Origin: an uncultured delta proteobacterium
Lineage (GTDB): Bacteria > Desulfobacterota > Desulfobacteria > Desulfobacterales > Desulfosarcinaceae
Assembly: GCA_963785365.1 (NCBI GenBank)
Contig: CAWAUZ010000009.1
Coordinates: forward strand, 142,724-206,723
Reading direction: 5' to 3'
DNA length: 64,000 nucleotides
Within the stretch, counting starts at the first letter, position 1. Every line of letters begins with the position of its first letter. The notes under the pieces were generated by a model. The model ran no database searches and was not told the DNA's origin. It worked only from the letters and a program-made list of their open reading frames with translations. Shown in pieces: positions 42,974 through 53,629 of the stretch. The position numbers were made by a program, and so were the translations under genes.

Positions 42974-42980
42974 CAAATCT

Positions 42981-43379
42981 TTAAGCGATCAGCACATCGG
43001 CAACCGTATCCGGTTGAGCGGGGTCATGGGGTTCGGTATTGAAGGCCACCAGCAGGTTGTCCGTCGCGCCGGTATTTTCAATGGCATGGGAGGTTCCCGG
43101 CGGGATCACCAGCCGATAGGTGGCATCGGCAGGGATGGCAAACTCGTGCGTCTCACCAGCGGTGCGAATGCGGACCCGAGCCGGACCGCATATCACCAGT
43201 GTTTCGGTTCCCTGGCGGTGGTAGTGGTTACCGCGGACCGCCCCGGGCCGACTGACCACCACATGGACATTTTTCAAATTCTCAGGGAACGGGCCATCGA
43301 GCGGTTCGAACACAAAGCCCCGGTCGTCGGTGGACCGCCCGACTGGTTCGACTTTTACATCCTTAATTTGGCGGCGCAT
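42981..43379 (-). CDS. Cupin-domain protein (WxcM/FdtA-like)
   Basis: DDRG, RGNHYH...E, IPPGTSHAIEN. Confidence 0.8.
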   Translation of the reverse strand: MRRQIKDVKVEPVGRSTDDRGFVFEPLDGPFPENLKNVHVVVSRPGAVRGNHYHRQGTETLVICGPARVRIRTAGETHEFAIPADATYRLVIPPGTSHAIENTGATDNLLVAFNTEPHDPAQPDTVADVLIA

Positions 43380-43400
43380 TGGCAGACCGACCTGGTTTTT

Positions 43401-45239
43401 TTAAGCCCTTGAAAAAGTGTTGCGCCGTGACTTCATCTCATCCACCTTCTGGTTGTAAAATGAGATGACCTCCCTGCGGTTGAGCATGCCCAACAAAAGT
43501 CCGTGATCGTCGGCACGTACGACCGGCAGGCTGTCGATGTTGCGCGTGGTAAACTTCTTGAGAACGGCGTTCAGGTCCTCTTCCGGCGTGGTTACGATGA
43601 TGTCGGATGTCCCGACGTCCTTCATCAGCACCAGCTGTTCGATTTCGGGAGAGAACAGGACCCCTCGGATGTCATTGATCGAAAATATTCCCACCAGCCG
43701 TTTTTCGCCGTCGACGACCGGGAAGTAGTGCTGCTTGGTCTGCGAAAAGTAGCGCTTGAATTCCAGAAAGGGCATGTCCTGGGGGATCAGGGTCACCTTT
43801 TGGACCAGCGGCATGAGGTCATTGACAGGAATGGCCTGGAGGATGTCCACGAAAAAGTCGCCGGCATGGGCCGGGGAGTCGACCTTGCTCTGCACCTGAC
43901 GGTTGAAAATGGTCCAGCGCCGGGAGGCCATGTAGGCCACCGAACAGACCAGCAGACTGGGCAGCAGCAGGTGATAGGAGTTGGTCATCTCACTGACGAA
44001 AATGATCGTCGAGATGGGGGTGTTGGAAACGGCCGTAAAAAAGCCGGCCATGCCCACCACCACGAAAGCGCCGGGCTGGGTGACCACGCTGGGCATGATA
44101 GCGTGAAAAAGATTTCCGACTACCCCGCCCATGGCCCCGCCGATGACCACCGAGGGTCCAAACACGCCGCCGCTGCCGCCCGAGCCGATCGAAAAGGAGG
44201 TGGTCAGCACCTTGCCCAGCGCCAGGGACAGCAGAAAGGGAATGGTCAGCTCATTGTTGATGGCCATCTGGGCATACCCATATCCGAAGGCCAGGGTGTG
44301 CGGCAGGAAAAAGCCGATGACCCCGGTCAGCAGTCCGCCGATGGCCGGCTTGATGTGATTGGGTATCCGATGCATGGATTCGAAGAGTTGAATCGTGCCG
44401 TAGAAGGCCTTGATGTAAAAGACACCGATTGCCACCAGCACCAGGGCCAGTACCAGATAGGGCCCGAGTTCCAGGGGGTTTTGAAACTTAAACGGCGGTG
44501 AATCGAACAGCGAACCCCAGCCGAACACCAGGCAGAACATGCAGTACGCCACCACCGAGGAGATGCCGGCTGGAATGATCACCTCCGATTCGAAATCAGG
44601 ATCGCGGTAAAGCACTTCAGCGGCAAAGAGCGCTCCGGCCAGCGGCGCCCGGAAGATGCTGCCGACACCGGCCCCGATACCGGCAGCCATCATGATCCGG
44701 CGCTCGCGGTCGGAAAGGTTCAAGGTGGTGGCCAGATAGGAGCCGAAACCGGCTCCGATCTGGGCGATGGGCCCCTCACGGCCGCCCGACCCACCGGTGG
44801 TGAGGGTGACAGCGGAAGCGATGGTCTTGACGATCGGAACCCGGCCGCGGATGAAACCGCCCTTGTGGTGGTAGGCATTGATGGCCGCGTCGGTACCGTG
44901 CCCCTCGGCTTCCGGTGCAAACGTGTAGACCAGCCAGCCGCTGATCAGGCCTCCGGCCATGGGTAAAAACAGCAGAACCCAGCGGTTGAAGGGCACCGCG
45001 GTGGGCGGCAGCAAGTGGTGTTCGCCAGCCGGCGCCGGGGGACGGTAGCCGGCCATCATGTCCAGAAAGAAATGCAGCCCCAGTTGGCAAAGATAGTGAA
45101 ATGCGATGGAACCCAACCCCGCGATCAGGCCGATGGCAATGAAGTAGACCGACCACCGGGTCGCCTGGGCGACATTCAGGTGTTCCAGTTTTCCCCGAAT
45201 ACGCTGGTATGCACTCTGGTTCGATTCCTTTCGCGGCAT
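43401..45239 (-). CDS. CLC chloride channel/transporter with CBS domains
   Basis: GSGGREGP, FRAPLAG, GGSGGVFGP, C-terminal CBS pair. Confidence 0.95.
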   Translation of the reverse strand: MPRKESNQSAYQRIRGKLEHLNVAQATRWSVYFIAIGLIAGLGSIAFHYLCQLGLHFFLDMMAGYRPPAPAGEHHLLPPTAVPFNRWVLLFLPMAGGLISGWLVYTFAPEAEGHGTDAAINAYHHKGGFIRGRVPIVKTIASAVTLTTGGSGGREGPIAQIGAGFGSYLATTLNLSDRERRIMMAAGIGAGVGSIFRAPLAGALFAAEVLYRDPDFESEVIIPAGISSVVAYCMFCLVFGWGSLFDSPPFKFQNPLELGPYLVLALVLVAIGVFYIKAFYGTIQLFESMHRIPNHIKPAIGGLLTGVIGFFLPHTLAFGYGYAQMAINNELTIPFLLSLALGKVLTTSFSIGSGGSGGVFGPSVVIGGAMGGVVGNLFHAIMPSVVTQPGAFVVVGMAGFFTAVSNTPISTIIFVSEMTNSYHLLLPSLLVCSVAYMASRRWTIFNRQVQSKVDSPAHAGDFFVDILQAIPVNDLMPLVQKVTLIPQDMPFLEFKRYFSQTKQHYFPVVDGEKRLVGIFSINDIRGVLFSPEIEQLVLMKDVGTSDIIVTTPEEDLNAVLKKFTTRNIDSLPVVRADDHGLLLGMLNRREVISFYNQKVDEMKSRRNTFSRA

Positions 45240-45242
45240 GGC

Positions 45243-46559
45243 CTACCGATTTTTCTCCAGGTCCCGAACCCCCTGAAAAATGGTGTCAAAAAGGGTCTTG
45301 ACATCGTCTTCCTCCGTGCAGGAAAAGGCGATGCGCAGGTTCCTTTCCTCCAGCGCGATCAGCCCTACGCCGTATCGATCCAACAGATGAACCCGCAGGG
45401 TTTCCGCATCGACCGTTTTCAACCGGATGCACATGAAATATCCCGAGTTGAATGGATAGACCTCCCAGGCCGACGCATACGCGGCATCCGTTGCAACCGC
45501 CTTGACCCGCCGGGCCCGTGCCTTGAGAATCTCGAAGGCCCGTCTCTTTTCAGCCGCGGCGTTGGCATCTCGCATGGACTTGAGCAGAATCGTCTGGCTC
45601 AGGTGGGAGGCGTTGGAAAGGGTCCCCCGAATGCAGCCGGCGGTCTTGCGTTCCAGCGCGTCCAGCAACGGCCGCGCATCGTCTTTAAAGCTGCCGCCAT
45701 AGGTAATGAATCCGACCCGCAGTCCCCAGGCGCAGTGTTCTTTGGTGGCCCCATCGAGTTTGACGGCCAGGATGCCGGAGTGCGCACCGCAAAGACGGGC
45801 AAATAGCGACTCTTGCAAGGTTTCCGGATCGTAAAACAGACCGAAGTAGGCATCGTCGGTCACCGCCAGGACGTCGGTTCCGGCCGCGGCCGTGTCGGCG
45901 AGAATGGCGACAATATCGTCCGCCTCTTGTACAGACACGCTGTATCCCGAGGGATTTTGCGGGAAATTGAGCACCACGGTGATCTTCCGGCTGTCGGCCG
46001 CCTCCTGTTTGACGGCCTGACGCAAAGCCTTGAGGTTAAAGCCGCCATTGGCGTCGAACAGTTCGTAGTGGCGGATGCGGGCGCCCTTGCGTACGGCAAA
46101 GATCATGTTGTAGTTGCCCCACATCATGTCCGGCAGGATGATCACATCCCCGGGGTTGATCCAGACATCGGCAAAGGTGGCGATGCCATGGGTGATGCCG
46201 CAGGTCACCACCGGCAGGCTGACGGTTTTTCCGGCCAGGGAGGGGTTTTTGGCGGCCATATCGGCCTGCCAGGCGTTGCGCAGGCCCAAAATGCCGAATG
46301 AGGGGGCGTACGTCAGCGACGCTTCGGGTGCAATGCCCTGGATGGAGGCCATGATGCTGTCAAAGCACATGATGCCGCCATCTGCGGTGGCGATACCGAT
46401 GGTTGCGTTGATGGCATGGGCCTTCTCTTTGGCTTCGGCGCTCTGGCTCAAGATGCCTTTGGGGAAAAACAATTTTTTCCCCACGTCGGAGAGCATGTCG
46501 TAAACATGCGGTGCCTCAGCTTTGATGGTCTGATTCAATTGCTCGGCTAATGGATTCAT
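45243..46559 (-). CDS. Aminotransferase class I/II
   Basis: NATIGIAT, NFPQNPSGY, DDAYFG, DGATKE..WGLRVGF. Confidence 0.9.
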   Translation of the reverse strand: MNPLAEQLNQTIKAEAPHVYDMLSDVGKKLFFPKGILSQSAEAKEKAHAINATIGIATADGGIMCFDSIMASIQGIAPEASLTYAPSFGILGLRNAWQADMAAKNPSLAGKTVSLPVVTCGITHGIATFADVWINPGDVIILPDMMWGNYNMIFAVRKGARIRHYELFDANGGFNLKALRQAVKQEAADSRKITVVLNFPQNPSGYSVSVQEADDIVAILADTAAAGTDVLAVTDDAYFGLFYDPETLQESLFARLCGAHSGILAVKLDGATKEHCAWGLRVGFITYGGSFKDDARPLLDALERKTAGCIRGTLSNASHLSQTILLKSMRDANAAAEKRRAFEILKARARRVKAVATDAAYASAWEVYPFNSGYFMCIRLKTVDAETLRVHLLDRYGVGLIALEERNLRIAFSCTEEDDVKTLFDTIFQGVRDLEKNR

Positions 46560-46765
46560 GTCCGTCTATCCTCGGTGAATGTCAGCCAACCGGGCCATCG
46601 ATTCATTTGCAGGGGGAATCGGCACAGGGCCATTAAATCATCGAAAAAAATATCTACTGCCTGGGCATCGCGCCTGTCAAGAGAAAACTTATTGAAAAAA
46701 CAGCAGGATGCAGTTATCCGTCAACCACGTTCACCATTTGGCCCATCAAGGCCGACAGCCAATAC

Positions 46766-46801
46766 AAAAACCCCGCCACGAGCGCTGCGTGGCGAGGTTT
46801 T
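46766..46801 (-). terminator. Intrinsic (possibly bidirectional) terminator after the PxxKW gene
   Basis: AAAAA-CCCCGCCACG...CGTGGCGAGG-TTTT. Confidence 0.7.
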
Positions 46802-46845
46802 CGAAGGCACATCCGAATCAAGCGGGAAAACGCCCTGAAAAAGGC

Positions 46846-47124
46846 CTATTTTCGGGAACGCTTGGAGGCTTTCAGCGGGTTGATTTTCTGGGCACTTTCC
46901 GCCATGCTGCCACTGACGTGGGTTGCCAGGTTGCAATTGCCGTGCTTCCACTTCATGGTGGGCTCGGGACAGGCGGAACAGTACCAGCCCGATGCGATCT
47001 CCAGAGATCGGCCGCATCCTTTGCACTGCTCCACGATTTCATAGCACACGCCCCCGTTGTAAGAGCAGCCGGCGGAACTCATAAACCCACACTCTTGGCC
47101 GTTGCGAATCGTCGTACACTTCAT
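46846..47124 (-). CDS. PxxKW-family cysteine-rich small protein
   Basis: CTT...C.FM...GC...C..IVEQC.GC...YC...PTMKW..GNCNLATH...KINPLKASKR; AGGAGG RBS. Confidence 0.85.
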   Translation of the reverse strand: MKCTTIRNGQECGFMSSAGCSYNGGVCYEIVEQCKGCGRSLEIASGWYCSACPEPTMKWKHGNCNLATHVSGSMAESAQKINPLKASKRSRK

Positions 47125-47209
47125 TGAATCGTCCTCCTGATGAAATCTTGAACAAACAAAAAGGCCAAAGAAAAACTCCTTCGGCCCTTGCTTAAAATAA
47201 AACTAGCAA

Positions 47210-47238
47210 CCTATATTCAGACCAGAGCGGATTGTCAA
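47210..47238 (-). promoter_or_regulatory. Sigma70-type promoter for the PxxKW gene
   Basis: TTGACA-N17-TATAGG. Confidence 0.55.
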
Positions 47239-47461
47239 GGCTTTTTTGGGTGGTATCGTGACCGCGCACCGGGCCCGCCACGCCGGTGTAAGCGGGGTGC
47301 TTTCGGTCTCCCCGCCCTTGCGGTAGATTGACTTTTAGGGTAGACGGACTAATGTTGATCAGCGTCGCGCCCGGAGAGAAGCACTCTCAGCCCGCGTCAG
47401 CGCCCATGCCGACAGGTTCAGCCAGTCGTTGTCCGACATCCTTAGACGGGAATCCGAACCC

Positions 47462-48487
47462 ATGATCTTAGATGAAGCACGCCAGGTCCTGCAAATTGAA
47501 GCGGACGGCATCTTGAATCTGATCGATCGCCTCGACCACCGCTTCGATCAGATGGTAAGGGCCATCTTGAACACAACCGGCCGCGTCGTCGTCAGCGGTA
47601 TCGGCAAATCCGGCATCATCGCCCGAAAAATCAGCGCGACGTTAAACAGCACCGGCACCCGCTCCCTGTTTCTACACCCGGTCGAGGCCATGCACGGCGA
47701 CCTGGGCGTCATCTGTCCGGACGACATCTTTCTGGCCATGTCCTACAGCGGCGAGACCGGCGAGCTCAACATTCTCATGCCCAGCATCCGCGAAGCCGGC
47801 TGCACGATCATCGCCATGACGGGCAATCCGACATCCACACTGGCCAAACACAGCGACATCGTCATCGATGTCGGCGTGAAGCAAGAAGCCTGTCCCCTCG
47901 GGCTGGCACCGACGGCCAGTACCACGGCCCTGCTGGCCATGGGTGATGCCCTGGCAGTGGTACTGATCAACAAGAAAAAATTCAAGACCAGCGACTTCAA
48001 GCGCTTTCACCCCGGCGGGGCGTTGGGTCATCGGCTCGCCAGCCAGGTCAAAGACCTGATGCTGACCGGGTCGGCCGTTCCGACGGCCGACACCTCCGAC
48101 AGCATGCAGGCCGCCGTACAAGCGCTCGACCGCCACGGCCTGGGCGCCTTGATCGTCGTCGACCGCGATCGAAGATTGGCTGGCATCCTGACCGACGGCG
48201 ACCTCAGGCGCCTGGTCGCCCAGCAGCAACCCGTTTTCCAACAATCCCTGACGGCCGTCATGACGACCTCGCCCCGGCACGCCTTTGCGCAAACACCGGC
48301 CTTTGACGCCCTCAACATAATGGAGCAGTACGAAATCACGGTCTTGCCGATCATCGACGAAGCACGACGGGTGCTGGGGATTTTGCATCTGCACGACATC
48401 CTCGGCAAGGGCGAATTCAAATTCAACGGTCCGGACGCCGCCAACAACAGATGGCCCGGCCGACTTGCACTCCAGGAGCAGCCATGA
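47462..48487 (+). CDS. kdsD: Arabinose-5-phosphate isomerase (KpsF/GutQ family, SIS + CBS)
   Basis: GIGKSG, HPVEAMHGDLG, EACPLGLAPTAST, FHPGGALG. Confidence 0.95.
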   Translation: MILDEARQVLQIEADGILNLIDRLDHRFDQMVRAILNTTGRVVVSGIGKSGIIARKISATLNSTGTRSLFLHPVEAMHGDLGVICPDDIFLAMSYSGETGELNILMPSIREAGCTIIAMTGNPTSTLAKHSDIVIDVGVKQEACPLGLAPTASTTALLAMGDALAVVLINKKKFKTSDFKRFHPGGALGHRLASQVKDLMLTGSAVPTADTSDSMQAAVQALDRHGLGALIVVDRDRRLAGILTDGDLRRLVAQQQPVFQQSLTAVMTTSPRHAFAQTPAFDALNIMEQYEITVLPIIDEARRVLGILHLHDILGKGEFKFNGPDAANNRWPGRLALQEQP

Positions 48488-49833
48488 ACCAGGAATCTCT
48501 CGACCCCTTGGAAACGGTCCCGACCCGTATCCAGAACTTGGGCGACACAAAGATCACCTCACCGATGCTCGATGAGCGACTCGGCAATGCCGTTCCCCAG
48601 TTCGTCTCCGATGACGAACGGGTGATGATCAACATCAAGCTGACGGATGCCGAAGCCATGATCGCCCACGGCCTGACCCCGCCGGCCTTCGAGCTGGCGG
48701 GACCGCGGCAGCGCATCTATTTCGACGCCTCCAAGCTGCGCTGCGCCATCGTCACCTGCGGTGGCCTGTGCCCGGGACTGAACGACATCATCCGGGCCAT
48801 CGTACTGGAATTGCATTACCGCTATCACGTCAAGAACATCCATGGGATTCGGTACGGCCTGGAGGGATTCATACCGGACTACAACCACGATTTTTTAGAC
48901 CTGACCCCCGAAAAGGTGACCTCGATCATGAACATGGGCGGCTCTATTCTGGGATCTTCCCGGGGAGCCCAGAACATCGGCCGCGTAGTAGACTGTCTGG
49001 AGGTCAACCGCATCGGCATCCTGTTTATGGTGGGCGGCGATGGCACGCTGATGGCGGCGTCCAAAATTGCGGACACCATCACCGAGCGCGGACTCAAAAT
49101 CAGTGTGGTGGGCATTCCCAAAACCATCGACAACGACATCCACCTGATCTCCCGTTCCTTCGGATTCGACACGGCCGTGGACGTTTCCCGGATGGCCATT
49201 CAAGGTGCCCACAACGAGGCGATCGCCTACCCCAATGGGATCGGTTTGATCAAACTCATGGGGCGCCACTCCGGTTTCATTGCCGCCACCGCATCCCTGG
49301 CCCAGCAGGATGCCAACTTCGTGCTGATACCGGAGGTCGATTTCGATCTCGAGGGACCCAGTGGTTTGCTGGCCGCACTGGAGGCCCGCGTGACCACCCG
49401 GGGGCATGCCGTCATCGTCGTGGCCGAAGGCGCGGGGCAGAAATTTTTCACGGAATCGACCCAGCACAAGGATGCTTCCGGCAACATCCGCCTCAACGAC
49501 ATTGGGGTGTTTCTCAAAGAGACCATCAAGAAACACTTCACCGACAAGAACATCCCCGTGAACATCAAATACATCGATCCCAGCTACATGATCCGGAGCC
49601 TGCCGGCCAACGCCAATGACAGCGTCTTCTGCGGGTTTTTAGGGCGGGATGCCGTGCATGCGGCAATGGCCGGCAAGACAAAGCTGGTCATCGGCCACTG
49701 GAACAACCACTTCGTGCATTTGCCGATGGAAGCCACCATCGGCAGGCGCAAACAGGTCATACCCAAAGGCAAGTTGTGGACGACGGTGCTGGAATCCACC
49801 GGCCAGCCCACATTAAAAAACGAGGTCGCCTGA
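48484..49833 (+). CDS. pfkA: 6-phosphofructokinase (ATP-dependent, group II type)
   Basis: FELAGPR, TCGGLCPGLN, GGDGT, PKTIDND, MGRHSG, YIDPSYMIRS. Confidence 0.95.
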   Translation: MNQESLDPLETVPTRIQNLGDTKITSPMLDERLGNAVPQFVSDDERVMINIKLTDAEAMIAHGLTPPAFELAGPRQRIYFDASKLRCAIVTCGGLCPGLNDIIRAIVLELHYRYHVKNIHGIRYGLEGFIPDYNHDFLDLTPEKVTSIMNMGGSILGSSRGAQNIGRVVDCLEVNRIGILFMVGGDGTLMAASKIADTITERGLKISVVGIPKTIDNDIHLISRSFGFDTAVDVSRMAIQGAHNEAIAYPNGIGLIKLMGRHSGFIAATASLAQQDANFVLIPEVDFDLEGPSGLLAALEARVTTRGHAVIVVAEGAGQKFFTESTQHKDASGNIRLNDIGVFLKETIKKHFTDKNIPVNIKYIDPSYMIRSLPANANDSVFCGFLGRDAVHAAMAGKTKLVIGHWNNHFVHLPMEATIGRRKQVIPKGKLWTTVLESTGQPTLKNEVA

Positions 49834-49944
49834 CGCGACCGCGATGGTCACCAAGCTCGAGGAGGCGTTTGGGTTCCCGGCCGCAGCCGGCGCTGGCTGC
49901 ACCCGGATCGGATGCCCGAACGAGACAAGAGGATGCGGCCCTTC

Positions 49945-51270
49945 TCACCTGGGCACCCCCGCATTGGCCTTTTGCTTGAGTAAATCCGCTATCACCCCGG
50001 CATGCCGCCTGGCCGCACCTTGATTGGCCATAACCGCCCGTCGGGCCAGACGGCCCAACCGGCGGGCCTGGTCGCCATTGGCCAGCAGATGGGCGGCCCG
50101 ATCGGCCAGGGCCGCAGCGTCCGGCACGCATATTCCCCCGCCACAACCCTCGAGTAGACAGCGCGCCTCTTCGAAATCGTCCATATAAGGACCATAAAGA
50201 ACCGGTTTGGCCCACACGGCCGCCTCGACCACATTCTGACCGCCCAAGGGAACCAGGCTGGCCCCGCAGAACACTACCGAGGCCATGCCATACACATGGC
50301 GCAGTTCACCGATGGTGTCCAGGATCACCAGGGGTGCATGCCGCTCGCACCGGTTTTCACCCAGCTGGGTTCGATACTGCCACACGATGCCGTTTTCGTC
50401 GGCGAGCCCTGCGATCCGGGTCGCGTTTTCGATGTGGCGGGGCGCAATGATGAAAAGCAGGCCGGGAATCCGCGTCGCCAGCCGCTTGAAAACCAGCATC
50501 ATGGCCTCGATTTCGGCACCGCGCACACTTCCGGCCACAAACACTGGCGTTTGGGTTTCGATCGCGAAGCGGCGTCTCAACCGGTCGACCGTTGAATGAT
50601 CTGGTCGCTGATGCTGAACATCCATCTTGACATTGCCGTTTACGCAGACCCGCCTGACAGGCGCACCCAGACGGACAATGCGCCGTGCATCCGGTTCGGA
50701 GATCATGCTGAACGCACTGACGCGCGCCAGAAGCGGTTTGATCAGTGGGCGGACTTTCAGGTAGGAGCGGATCGATCGCGCCGAAATACGGCCATTGAGG
50801 AAAACCACTTTCATTCCGGTCCCGTGGGCAATCGTGATCCAGTTGGGCCAGATTTCGGTCTCCATGCAGGCCAGCACATCGGGCCGGTGGGCTCGAATGA
50901 AGCGGCGGGTCGACCACCACAAATCCACGGGCGCATACTGCACGGTCGCCCGGGCCGAGAACAAGTCGGCCGCACACCGCTGACCGCTGGTCGTCGTGGT
51001 CGTCAACACGATGGAGACGTCTGGGTGCAGGCGCGTCAGGGCATGCACAACGCCTTCCGCGGCCTTGACCTCTCCAACGGAAACGGCGTGGATCCACACC
51101 GTCGGACGACGGCGGCCGGCCGGCAACGGCACGTTCGGGCGGTAGCCCAATCGCTGGGCCAGCATGGCGCTGCGCTCGGGGTCCTGCCTGGCGTAGCGCC
51201 AGACCAGCGGAAGGGCGATCAGGGCGAAGGTGGATGCCAGCGCGTTATAGGCAAATTGGTAACGGTTCAT
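49945..51270 (-). CDS. waaA: Kdo transferase (copy 2)
   Basis: WIHAVSVGE, ETEIWPN, NGRISARS, GNVKMD, APRH, GGQNVVEAA; start at MNRYQ. Confidence 0.88.
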   Translation of the reverse strand: MNRYQFAYNALASTFALIALPLVWRYARQDPERSAMLAQRLGYRPNVPLPAGRRRPTVWIHAVSVGEVKAAEGVVHALTRLHPDVSIVLTTTTTSGQRCAADLFSARATVQYAPVDLWWSTRRFIRAHRPDVLACMETEIWPNWITIAHGTGMKVVFLNGRISARSIRSYLKVRPLIKPLLARVSAFSMISEPDARRIVRLGAPVRRVCVNGNVKMDVQHQRPDHSTVDRLRRRFAIETQTPVFVAGSVRGAEIEAMMLVFKRLATRIPGLLFIIAPRHIENATRIAGLADENGIVWQYRTQLGENRCERHAPLVILDTIGELRHVYGMASVVFCGASLVPLGGQNVVEAAVWAKPVLYGPYMDDFEEARCLLEGCGGGICVPDAAALADRAAHLLANGDQARRLGRLARRAVMANQGAARRHAGVIADLLKQKANAGVPR

Positions 51271-51290
51271 GGTCCTCGGGAAAGCGGCAC

Positions 51291-53357
51291 TCACTGAATG
51301 GTTGCGGTGGATGCCTGTGGGCCGTGACGCGGGACCGGAACGAAGCGCCTGTCGTGGACCGTGATGATCTGCAGTTCCTTTTGCGCCTCCCCGTTGGGTT
51401 CGAAGCGGGTTCGACCGGAAATCCCATCGAAGGCATCCATGTTCAGCAAGGCCGTTTTCAACTCGCGCCTCGAATCGGTGGTCGTGCGCCGCATGGTCTC
51501 GAAAACCATCATGGCGCTGTCGTAGGCGACCGCCTCGATGAACCCGGGGACCCGACCGAAGGCACGCTGGTAATCGGCGACGAAACTGTTGACCTTGTCC
51601 GACGTCCCGTCGGCGAAGAAACCGTCGACGATCAGGGCATGGGGCATGTAATCGCCGGACATCTGCAACAGGGCGTCCGAGTTCCACAGATTGGTGCCGA
51701 GCAGATGCACATCGCGGATGTCGTAGTAGGCCAGCTGAGGAATGATCAGCCCGGCTTTTTTGGGTGCGTCGGGAATGAAGAGCGCATCGAAATCGACAAC
51801 CGGATACCAGCGATCCTCGCGGTGGCGTCTTTCGAGTCGGTCGATGATCTCCCGGTTCAACGGCAGTCCGCTGATGACCTCCAGCGGATCGGCGAACCCC
51901 TCGTTTTCAAAATCGCTCGAATCCCCTAAGGCGACCGGCCGTGTGGCACTGGGTCCGAAAACGGTCTCACCCTTTAAATTCTCGGGCACTGCATAAAAAA
52001 GACCGCTCAGTTTTTTGATGGGTTCGGCAAAATCGGTACCCTTGGGGTCGTAGGTTTCAACCGCCTTGACAACGCCTCCGTTTTCGAGAACCTGATCCCA
52101 GAACAGGTTCATGTATCGATGCCCGTAGTTTTCGTCGGGATACAATATGGCAAAGCGTTTGATCCCCATTTCACCGGCGGCAAACGTTACCAGCGACCGA
52201 ACCTGCATCTCCGGTGTGATAAAGTTGCGGAACACATAGCTGCCGATGTCGGAAAGCCCCTCGCGCTGGGAAAAAACAAAAATGGGGATGCCTCTGGCCT
52301 GTGCTTCGGCGGCGACCTCGGCGGACAATGCCATGGGCCCCAAAATGGCACCGACTTTTTGGCGGTCCATCGCTTCGACCGCCTGAATGGATGCATTCAG
52401 GTCGGAACGGTTGTCGGCGATGATCAGTTTGATGGGGTTTTCGTCCCCGGCACGGAAATATTGGTTCAAGGCCAGTTCGATGCCGTTCAAGGCGCGTTGG
52501 CCATAGACGGCATAGGATCCGGAAAGCGGCAGGATGCAGCCAACGGTCAAGGGCTCGAAACGCGCGCGCTCTATCAAGGTGTCGACCATAGCGGCGGCGT
52601 CCCGGTAATTCGGGTGCTCGGGGTATTGTTGGACGACGGTTGCCAACACATCGACGGCGTCGTCGTAATTCTCATCGAGAATAAACGCCATACCGAGTTG
52701 ATACAAGAGCATTGCCCGGGCATCCCGGTCCCGGACGACGGCGATCAGCTGCTGGATCTGGTGGGCGTCGAGCTGCCCGGCCGAACGTGTCAAGCCGCTC
52801 CAGGCCGCCTCGCGGGTCTCGACATCTCCGGCGGCCCAGGCTCGGTAATAAAATTGCGCCGCATCGAGCGGTTCCCCCAGTGCGGTGTGGGCATCGGCAA
52901 CAACCATCAGCAGCGGTGCCGATCGCCCGGGCCCGGGAGCGGCCTCGGTTCCCCCCCCAAGGCGGACGACATCGCGGTAACGACCCGACGCGTAGAGTAT
53001 GTGCAGCGATGCCAGCATCGCATCCGGTCGCCGTTCGCTGGCGGGAAACTCCCGGTCCAGACGCGCGAACACGGCCAGCGCCGCTTCATTGCGCCCGCTG
53101 CGCCGGAAAATTTGTCCGATTCGAAAGAGGGCCCCATCCAGATCGGCATCCGTATCGGCTTCACGTAAAAAGGCCTGGTAGTCAATCAACGCCTCCAGAT
53201 AATCGCCCCTTTCGAAGGCACGCTCGGCACGTTGATAGATCGGGTGGCTGGGTCGGCCGGGCAGCGTCGTGGGGCCACCCACGGGGGAGGGCGTCGGCGC
53301 ACAAGCCGAAACGACAAGGGTCAACAACAATATCAGCGTCGGAATAATCGAAACCAT
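51291..53357 (-). CDS. Lipoprotein with TPRs and a periplasmic-binding (LppC/LpoA-like) domain
   Basis: Lipobox VVSA-C, TPR-like helices, VGCILPLSG, DFDALFIPD, GISGRTRF. Confidence 0.85.
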   Translation of the reverse strand: MVSIIPTLILLLTLVVSACAPTPSPVGGPTTLPGRPSHPIYQRAERAFERGDYLEALIDYQAFLREADTDADLDGALFRIGQIFRRSGRNEAALAVFARLDREFPASERRPDAMLASLHILYASGRYRDVVRLGGGTEAAPGPGRSAPLLMVVADAHTALGEPLDAAQFYYRAWAAGDVETREAAWSGLTRSAGQLDAHQIQQLIAVVRDRDARAMLLYQLGMAFILDENYDDAVDVLATVVQQYPEHPNYRDAAAMVDTLIERARFEPLTVGCILPLSGSYAVYGQRALNGIELALNQYFRAGDENPIKLIIADNRSDLNASIQAVEAMDRQKVGAILGPMALSAEVAAEAQARGIPIFVFSQREGLSDIGSYVFRNFITPEMQVRSLVTFAAGEMGIKRFAILYPDENYGHRYMNLFWDQVLENGGVVKAVETYDPKGTDFAEPIKKLSGLFYAVPENLKGETVFGPSATRPVALGDSSDFENEGFADPLEVISGLPLNREIIDRLERRHREDRWYPVVDFDALFIPDAPKKAGLIIPQLAYYDIRDVHLLGTNLWNSDALLQMSGDYMPHALIVDGFFADGTSDKVNSFVADYQRAFGRVPGFIEAVAYDSAMMVFETMRRTTTDSRRELKTALLNMDAFDGISGRTRFEPNGEAQKELQIITVHDRRFVPVPRHGPQASTATIQ

Positions 53358-53629
53358 TGGCAGTGCCTTTTTGACCGCGGTCGGCCGTTCGACCGATTGG
53401 TGCATCCACGTGCAGGCGTGGAACGACTCGATCAATCTACACAAGCTGGTTTCATTGTCAAACAATAGTTTCGCAGGCCTCGGATGGTTGCGCAATTGCC
53501 GTCGACGGCATCGGTCAACGCTTGTCGATGCTTGACATCACCGCAAAATCAACATTATGTTACTAATTTAGCGGACTAGTGGTATACTACTGCCACCTAA
53601 CCATCAAACGCGAAAACAAAGGTGCACCC

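Noticed and set aside
51271-51687. N-terminal extension of the 580-aa ORF 49945-51687
   Set aside because: Overlaps the LpoA-like gene in another frame; WaaA similarity begins at MNRYQ (51270).
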